Shown here in pieces: positions 56,150 through 64,000 of a stretch of DNA of 64,000 nt. Location of the stretch: positions 310,001-374,000 of the forward strand of contig JAQGDQ010000068.1 in NCBI GenBank assembly GCA_030141605.1. The letters run 5' to 3'. The stretch is from Tubiluchus corallicola (lineage: Eukaryota > Animalia > Priapulida). How positions within the stretch are numbered: the first letter of the stretch is position 1; the number at the start of each line of letters is the position of its first letter. The notes below the pieces were generated by a model, which searched no databases, was not told the DNA's origin, and was given only the letters and a program-made list of their open reading frames with translations. The translations under genes and the position numbers were made by a program.

Positions 56150-58594
56150 TATTATTATTATTATTAATATTAATTTCATTACCAGGCATATACCTGAATT
56201 TGTACGCTTATGTTTGACTGACTTATGTCTGAATTTTTTTCAGATTTCGGTGATTTTTTCACTGACGGCCGAATCTTGGACTTTCTTGATAACAAAGTGC
56301 TTGGTCAACTTGAGGACTTTGGTGAAGACGCATTATCTGGCATTATAAACATTGGGGAAGACATTGGAGATATCTTTGGAGACATTGGCGGCGGCTTCGA
56401 GGACGCTTTCAAAGGCGTGATTGACTTCGGTGGAGACGTAGGTTCAGAAATCGGAGGTGCTTTTGGAGACTTCGGCGACACACTTGGTGATATTGGTAGT
56501 GACATTGGTGGAGCATTTGAGGATTTCGGCAAATCTATTGGAGGCATTTTTGGAAAACGCCGTCGTAGACAAGCTGCGGAGCCTCCAACTTGCGCCCAGA
56601 TTGAAAACGAAGATACAAGAAATAATGCCTGTGAGTTTTTTAATAATAATAAATTTCCTTGGAAATGCAAATAGTGAGTTACTTTAACCGTCAAGTTTGT
56701 ATATTAGAATGCTTTTCGTTGACTCCCGATTTTGGAGGAGAAATACTTTACTTATAAATGTAAAAATGTTAATTTGTTGTTTCCCTCCACCATTTGAACA
56801 GTATTTATTTTAAAACGTCAGCTAGTTTCAGGCTAATATATGCTCATTATCAGTTCACAAGTAAAAATAAATGAACATTTTGCTGCTTTGGACACTAGTT
56901 TTAGCGGCTAATGTTTACAATTCCCCAACTAGAAATTAGTTCGTGATGCGGATTAGAGTTAGGGTTAGGGTTAGGGTTAGGTTACAGTTAGGGTTAAGGT
57001 TTAGATTAGGGTATTTAAACTGTGTGGGGAATTGTAAACTCCTTCCGTTTTATTACACGTATGCATAAAAAATTTTTATGAGACCATTTAAAATCAGTAT
57101 AAATAGTTGGTCAAGTATTGCACGTTGTACGAGAAAGTGATCGTTTTGAAATAATTCCGCTGTTTTGTAGGTCGCCGTATCAACAACAAAATCGTATAAC
57201 AGTGACAGTTACTGTTGGAGTCGCTATGTAGCCGAGTTCTAGTTTTCACCAAGTTAGAATAATATCTCAAAGTTAAAAATGTCTTTCGTTTAATTTTCAG
57301 GCCTATACTTCACCAACGAATGTCCATGTCAGGCTGAAACATTGCAGTTTGATGCAGATGAAGGTATTTTACTTTTTGCACACCTAAATGTCACTGGCTG
57401 AACCATCCAACTTTAAATTGGTGTCAGAATTTTTTGCTCCAACTATTCTGTAGTTTAATGACCATGCATGTGTTTTATATACTAAATGAATCAAAAGGTA
57501 CTTTGTATTTTCATTTATTGCCACAACTTATCACATTAGAAAGTTCTAATAAATTCTACTGTATAATTCCATTATATAAATTCTAGTTTAATTTTGACTG
57601 CTTTAGTAACAAGCAATAATACATGGTATTAATACCATGTTCGCAAACTATCCTTAAACAATTAAATTCACTTTAAAGAATCGACACGTATATATTGTAT
57701 AAGCGTTGTAGGAATTGATAACTTCCTCTTTCAAACAATTCTTATTATTTCAGTTTGCCCTACCTACGCAGCAGAAAAAGAGAAATACAGGGAACTTTAC
57801 AACAATAACGCTGCACTCTTTGCAATAAAACCCGAAAACTTGATAGTGGAGTTTACTTCGGTAAGATTTACAAAGTTTCATAATTCTTTCATTCGTTCCC
57901 TCATTATTTCGCTCATTCTACATTCAATTGCTTCTTTGTTTGCAAAGTTTCGTAATTCGTTCGTTCTTTTGTTAAACGCTCATTTAATTACACTTTTGTC
58001 TTCTTATTGTCTGGTTAATCACTCGATTTTGTTTTTGTTTGCTCTTTCATTTGTTGATTTGTTGTTTCTTTCCTCTTTTCCTATTTCATGAAGCCTGTTT
58101 TATGAAGCCCATGTTGTTCATTCGGCAAACTATAATAATTTCCTGATTACTGCGATTATTTCGGCCATCACTGTGTGGAACTAGACTTCAGAGGCCCAAA
58201 CTGGCTGCTTTCTAACTGACATTTTTGCATCCTAATGTTTCTGAAGCTTTTGGCTTCACCAAGCCGCTTTTGATCAGTTTGTTTAAGTTCCCTATGTTTA
58301 AAATTGTTTTTTTGTGATCCTTGTTATGCATCGTAGTTTTAAAATCTAAAGCTTCTGCACTAGTTTTAATCGCATTTAATGATAATGAGAGTTGTAGTAT
58401 TTTCCTTGTTATTTTAGGCAAAGGTGGATCTTAACCAGAAGGATAAGGACAAGGACAATGTCTACATGGGCTACTTTTCGTTCACCGTAGCTGGCAAGCC
58501 ATACAGTATTGAGCATAGAATTGGGCTGTCTTCTGACACTCTGAAAGAGACATTGCCCGAAATACTCAAAACAGCGGTGGAAGTTGCTATTTAA
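48043..58594 (+). CDS. Paralog C: uncharacterised secreted Cys-rich proprotein with expanded acidic repeats, ~559 aa (excluding extra exon 4a)
   Basis: Exons 48043-48166, 48707-48828, 50662-50758, 52969-53172, 54055-54183, 55062-55331, 56244-56630, 57301-57363, 57754-57860, 58418-58594 (1680 nt, in frame). Starts MKIFKTALAIILMIQLTRCAVLRKKR|Q, has internal IFGKRRRR|QAAEPPTC and ends LPEILKTAVEVAI*. Confidence 0.88.
49846..50590 (-). mobile_element. CR1-like LINE 3' fragment
   Basis: Minus-strand 'AYKVYERPLLENCSSV', 'TRGHNFK' and 'VVNIWNTL', with an A-rich tail at ~49850-49870. Confidence 0.75.
50942..51142 (+). pseudogene. Duplicated 6-Cys module exon (4a) of paralog C carrying an in-frame TAA
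   Basis: Acceptor ttatag|CA at 50941/2 and donor G|gtgagt at 51142/3, 201 nt, phase 1-1. Reads ALDKLPVTEPTC...LCGFYRFDC...AC...ACKARLR*C, homologous to exon 4 of A/B and to 52969-53172. Stop at 51136-51138. Confidence 0.8.
51260..52420 (-). mobile_element. Decayed LINE RT fragment (CR1/L2-like)
   Basis: Minus-strand 'NNYRPI', 'AKLKAYGV' and 'GIPQGSISGPLLFNIFFND'. It lies between exons 4a and 4b of paralog C. Confidence 0.8.
52428..52692. mobile_element. Palindromic MITE-like element
   Basis: Imperfect inverted arms of ~100 bp: CATGTAAATAAA..TAAACCAC..GCAGTAAAACCTAG..TTTGTTTATTTGATCA..TCGACATTA and TAATGTCGA..TGATCAAATAAACAAA..CTAGATTTTACTGC..GTGGTTTA..TTTACATG. Confidence 0.75.
53184..53312. 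repeat. (AATAC)n microsatellite
   Basis: ACAATACAATACAATAC run after exon 4b. Confidence 0.9.
56059..56166. repeat. (TTA)n(TCA)n(TTA)n compound microsatellite
   Basis: Direct observation. Confidence 0.95.
56905..57047. repeat. Short element with interstitial TTAGGG repeats between 15-bp inverted repeats
   Basis: GTTTACAATTCCCCA (56913) and TGGGGAATTGTAAAC (ends 57039) flank (TTAGGG)n-like units at 56953-57012. Confidence 0.75.
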
Positions 58595-59582
58595 ATTGAA
58601 AAAAAATTTATTTCAAAAAGGATGAACTGCATTACATCCTCTATCAACCAAAGATCCGTTGTTTACACTGTATAGCTGCAGATAATGCAAATTAGTGTAA
58701 GAATTAGAGATTAGTACAAGAATTAGTAATAAGAATTAGTACAAGAAATTCAATAGCTCATTTGTATAAACTGCCGTATAACTAGAATACATACTTGTAA
58801 TGTAAATGCTCGGCTGAGAAACCGAAAGAAAAACGTAAGTCACGTAACTTAAATGGCCCATTTAATATTTTTACAACGAACGCTTTGCCGGGAGAAAATT
58901 CAAGTTAACTAAACTACAGTCCATTGTGTGTCAAATCCTTGACAAATTCGTTGCAGAAACAAGATCAAACTTTTTTGAGTTTGATCGGCGTTGTATATAA
59001 TATAAGCTTACCATGCCAAAAATTGTTAGCTTCGCTCAAAGTTAAAACAAGTCACATAACCTTGTTATGATGCTGTAACCAAAACTTGCTGCCTTAATTA
59101 AATTTCTTATGATATATTAAAAGCAATAAAGGTTATTATTATTATTATTAATAAAGGCACCAACTGTTATCGATAGTTTTGCTTTTTCTTTTTTGCTACA
59201 GAGACAATAGTCCGAAAGCAAAAGAAAAGAAATTGTGAACTTATGCGATAGTTTTCTTACCTAGAGAGAAGAAAAGACCTACTCAAAAGAAAAAGTTATT
59301 AGAAGAAAAAAATCTAAATGATCAAAAATGGCAACCTCCCATATTAGCTTTGAATGCATTTTATTGAAAATTGCAACGTTTCGGTTGTACTTTACCCAGC
59401 AGACGAAATATGCACCAGTATTTTGAAAATCAAGCTGATTGCATAATGTAATAAATTGGCAACAGTTAAAAATGAAAAAGTGGATAAAATGAAAATATGA
59501 AAAAAGTAGTTGTAACAAACATGAATGCGAAAAATAACAAATTAAACCACCTGGCGAACTTAGAGAACTATCAAATTTATCA

Positions 59583-59650
59583 TACACGAACGCGCGCACA
59601 CACATGCACGCACACACACGCACACACACACACAAACACACACACACACA
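59583..59650. repeat. (CA)n/(CG)n microsatellite
   Basis: CACACACGCACACAC run. Confidence 0.9.
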
Positions 59651-61145
59651 AATCCAAAGTAGTAATGCACAAAATAACAAGAGTCATAAATTGTTCTAAG
59701 GAAGTTGCAAGAAATTTTTCACTAACAACAATGGGATGTTACAGGCCACTAATAAAGAAACTTCGTTTTCTTGAATATACCTATAAAAATGAAACATAAA
59801 CTGGTAATGTCCAAAATTCTACAAAGGATTATAGTAAAGACGTGCTGAGCACACAGTCTTTCGTTGCTCTTTAATATAATTTTAATAACGCCTATTCGTT
59901 GGAAACACTGTGAATGCTATAATAGTTTGAGCAACCTTAGAATGTATGTATGCAATTATATAACTGCAGAAATCTAATGAAAGGAACTAAAATTCAAAAT
60001 CCAACGTGTCAAAAGAAAAGGAATACAACTAATAACATAGGCGTACGAAGTGCAGGGTGGGGAGGGGGGTGTCTGCGATTGCTCTCCCAGAACAAATGAA
60101 TTTTACATTTTCTGGGGAAAAAATATTTATTTTCAGGGCAAATAATTGTACAGGAAAATTTCCAAAATTATTATTGAATATTATAAAAATGCTTAAAATG
60201 CACAAGAATAAAATTTGCAAAAATTTAAAGAATGCAAAAGTAAATTTACAATTTCGGTTTTCTAAAAATTTCTGCTAATTTCGACTTGAAAAATGAAAAT
60301 AGTCACAAAGTTCAGTTTTGCAAAGAAGTTATCCACAGTCTTTATTTTAACATTAAATTAAAACATATTTGCGTTCACGACACATTTAACCTTGCTGTTG
60401 TATCATTTGGATTAGGTATTCCGATTAGAAAGAGTTGTAAATTGCATTACTTCACTAAGCACTTATCATTACCCTCGGCTTAAATTTTGCTTAAAAAACA
60501 CTTCCATCTTGGCGATGCACGTGGGGTGTTGCGAATGGGCCTCACAAGTTGAGTGCCTATCTTCATCTACTGAAACTGATAAGGTTGTAATTTTCGGGAG
60601 AACAATTATCTGGTGAGGCATTTTACGGATATGAAGTATAAGGGAAAAACTGGATCTGTATAGGAATGACAAGCAACAAAAAAGGCGAGTACTATATACG
60701 AACAAACTACAGACGCCTGGGAAGAAATTACGAGAAGACCTGTGAGTATCTACATCTGAAACAGGACTAAAAGAAGCTTAATTTAGCAACTGATTTTCGA
60801 TGATCAAAAGACTGTGTGGCTGAAGTGAAATAAGACTCAACGAAATTAATAACAAGATCCCAGGATAGCAATGTTTCATACTAGGTCGAAAAGTCGATTT
60901 ATAAACTTTAATGTGCGTAGCATTTAAATCTTTGAATGATATACAGAGATTCTAAAATTGTTTCTTATTTTTAAAAGGAGCAGAAAACTATGACGTCTTA
61001 TTTCCACGTATACAAACTATAGCATCACAATACAATTGTGGAACAATAATTTTAAGCAAAGAATCGACTGGTGAGTTTAAAATGTTATCACGTAGCAACA
61101 AAATGTAATGATACTTTGCTTGCACAAGGCCCTGGACATGCTACC

Positions 61146-63648
61146 ATGGAATACGAATCTTCCCAGATGACCGATATCCTCAACAATCTCCGTCATGCTA
61201 ACAAATTCTGCGACGGTGTTATCAGAACAGAAGATGGTGGGAAATTCCCTGTTCACCGGGCAGTTATGGCCGCTTGCAGCCCTTATTTTCGAGCACTGTT
61301 TACAAATGTCATCTGCGATACAGAAAACCGCGTAGTAACAATACCTGATGTATCTGCTGAGATTATGTCGCTCATTATAGAATTCGCATACACGGGTAAG
61401 TTTTGATTGAAAAAAAGTGTCTCAGACATGAAAGATTAAAGCAGTCTCCGGCAATGATAGACGTTTTAAGCCCCGAGGCAAACGAAAACAGACACAGATG
61501 ATACAAGTGCATAATGAAAACAGAATACGCTCAGTAGCGTTGAGTAATTGTTTTGCTCTTGATATGCTAACTAGTTGGCTGGCTGATGGACTAACTAATT
61601 TATTAGTTAACTCGTAAACAGGATTTTCGTTGATTGGTAATTTGTACCTTGATTGGTTGGCTCGGGTTAGTTGGATAGATAGCTTGGTGTGATGTTTGTT
61701 AATTAGTTAGCAGTTAATTCACCGGTTTCAGCAATCGGCTAGGTATCAAGCTGACTGATTATGTGGCCAACTACTTCGTTATTTTTGCTTGCCGACCAGC
61801 TGAATTGTTGTCTAGCTTATTAGTTAGTTCGCTGGCTGATTTGCGTATGTTGTGATTTGGCTGGTTGGACGATTGATTTAATCATTGGATAGATGGTTAG
61901 CTGATAAGCGACTGAATGGTTTGTTAGTCAGGTAGTTGGTAATAGCAAGCAGACAGCACATGTCAAAATAGGCAAACTCTGCATATTAAATATTGATTTT
62001 TGTTATGTCTGGAAGATGTAACAAATAAAATTTCAATGAATGAAATAAGTTTTAAATCCTGCTAAAGTTTCCAAAAATGTTTTAATTCGTTTTGACAGGT
62101 GATGTAAAGGTTACATCAGAAAATGTCGAGCTTCTTTTACCTGCTGCTGATCAATTTCACGTCTTGCCTCTCGTCAAAATGTGCAGTTCATTTCTCAAAT
62201 CTCAACTTCGCATCGAAAACTGCATCGGTATCTACAAGTTCGCAAAACACTTTTTCTGCCCACGGTTAGCTGAAGCCGCACTCAGATTTATCCAGAGAAA
62301 CTTCATCCCAGTTTCTATCAAAAGTGTAGAGTGGCTTCAATTGTCACTGGAGGAGTTACAAACTCTTCTGGACAGTGATGACGTGAACGCGAAGAGCGAA
62401 GAAAGCGTTTTCGAAGCAATAACGAGGTGGATTGATTATTTGCCAGACAAGAGGAGTGCCGAAATGTCAAAACTTTTGTTAAAGATTCGATTTGGGCTTC
62501 TACCCCGCACTTATCTAGAAGATGCGATAATGAGCAATGGCTACACCCAAGCAGCCGTTTGCCAAGAATTTTTAACTACTGTTATGTCCTTACTTGACGA
62601 GCTTGATGATACCGATTTGACAGATCTTGATATGAACCAGGGACTATTCCGTCCCAGGGTGCCACATGATATATTATTCGCGATAGGTGGTTGGAGTGCT
62701 GGCAGTCCAACTAACTTCATTGAAACATATGATTGCCGTGCAGACAAGTGGTATTTGACAATGGCAACAGATAGAACGCCAAGAGCTTATCACGGAACTG
62801 CCGTTGTTTGTAATAAAATTTATGTAATTGGTGGATTTGATGGGACTGACTACTTCAACAGTGTTAGATGTTTTGACCCAGATGACCAAAGTTGGAGCGA
62901 AGTAGCGCCCATGTATACTCAGCGTTGTTACATCTCAGTGACAGTACTAGACGGAATGATTTACGCCATGGGTGGTTATGATGGTAGATTTCGTCTGAAC
63001 ACTGCAGAAAAATACGACCCAGAACGAAACCAATGGACGATCATAGCGCCAATGGCACGACAGAGGAGCGATGCTAGCGCCACAACTTTAAATAAAAAAG
63101 TATACATTGTTGGAGGCTTCGATGGTCACGAGGTGACAAATACTTGTGAAACGTACGACCCAGAAACAAACCAATGGACGCTAATCCGTAACATGCTCAG
63201 TCGGAGAAGTGGAGTGAGCTGCACCACTTTTATGGGCTGCATTTATAGCTTGGGCGGTTTTAATGGGATGACTAGGCTGAGCTCTGGAGAGAAGTATGAT
63301 CCAAGAACTGGGGAGTGGACCGAGGTAATGGACATGTATAGTCCACGCAGCAACTTTGGCATTGGAGTGGTGGACAATATGATCTATGTGGTTGGCGGTT
63401 TCAATGGCTCAACAACTGTTCCATATGTGGAGTGCTTTGATGGAGAGGATTGGTTTGATGCCACAGGAATGAACTTGAACAGAAGTGCCCTCAGCGTATG
63501 CGTAGTTAGCGGGCTTAAACGTAGCAAAGATTATTCTTATCACGGACACAGAATGCAAGCCAAAGGTGAAACCAACGAAGCTGAAGAAGATGCCGAGCAA
63601 CAAAATGACAACGAGGCTCAGCAAGCCAATGATATGGATGTATCATAG
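61146..63648 (+). CDS. KLHL10: Kelch-like protein 10-like (BTB-BACK-6xKelch, CUL3 adaptor), 2 coding exons, ~599 aa
   Basis: Exons 61146-61395 and 62099-63648, phase-1 GT-AG intron. BTB motifs 'FCD..FPVHRAVMAACSPYFRALFT' and 'IIEFAYTG', a BACK domain and six GG/Y/W Kelch repeats. 'RPRVPHDILFAIGGWSAGSPTNFIETYD..ADKW' and 'PRAYHG' resemble the KLHL10 subfamily. The start (ACCATGG) is inferred, and upstream exons are possible (donor-like gtgagt near 60742). Confidence 0.88.
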
Positions 63649-64000
63649 ATGTTGCCCATGTTTAGAATGTCACAATTTAAAAATGAGTGCCGTTATTATT
63701 TCTTGGCAAGTGTGGCGTAGTTAACTGCCATATGACCACCAATCAGAATAGTAATAGTAATGTAATTCAGAGATTCAGGATTTACGTCTGGAATAATCAC
63801 AGGAGAAAATGCAGCGTTGTACGCGTTTGAAGTGCCATTAAATTTCAAATTTGAAAGAGTAACGCTCCTACACAAAAAAGATCTGTGTTTACATGCATTA
63901 CTTTCTGGAAAAAACATCAACATGTAAAGCTGACCAGTAACTGTTAGATAAAATCAGGAAGGTGTGGCTAAATTTTCAAATTTGGTTAAATGTATGAGTA

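Noticed and set aside
55963-56217. Poly-Leu/Ser and poly-Ile/Met ORFs
   Set aside because: These are translations of the (TTA)n(TCA)n microsatellite.
56305-56694. Antisense S/P/K-rich ORFs opposite the acidic exons (also 27448-27840, 38487-38738, 55156-55365)
   Set aside because: These are shadow frames of D/F/G-biased codons, with no independent gene signals.
63696-63923. Minus-strand 75-aa ORF after the Kelch gene
   Set aside because: No homology cues. It most likely lies in 3' UTR or intergenic sequence.

Overview
AT-rich, intron-rich animal (invertebrate-type) genomic DNA, not prokaryotic. I reconstructed five spliced genes by hand from GT-AG junctions and reading frame. (1) A 4-exon SLC16/monocarboxylate-transporter gene on the minus strand (13657->2787). 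(2-4) A tandem cluster of three paralogous 10-coding-exon genes on the plus strand (A 21319-29860, B 32303-41047, C 48043-58594), which the ORF track shows only as fragments. They encode an unrecognised secreted proprotein: signal peptide, furin site followed by Gln, helical Cys-rich region, 6-Cys module, long Asp/Phe/Gly-rich periodic repeat, polybasic KR[KR]RR site, then a Cys-containing C-terminal domain. (5) A 2-exon KLHL10-like BTB-BACK-Kelch gene (61146-63648). The most notable signals are in the cluster. The N- and C-terminal regions each carry one half of the internal 6-Cys module. The acidic repeat varies in length between paralogs. Gene C has a duplicated module exon with an in-frame stop. 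The rest of the window is decayed LINEs, hAT-type and palindromic MITEs, minisatellites, microsatellites and a 656-bp tandem duplication.
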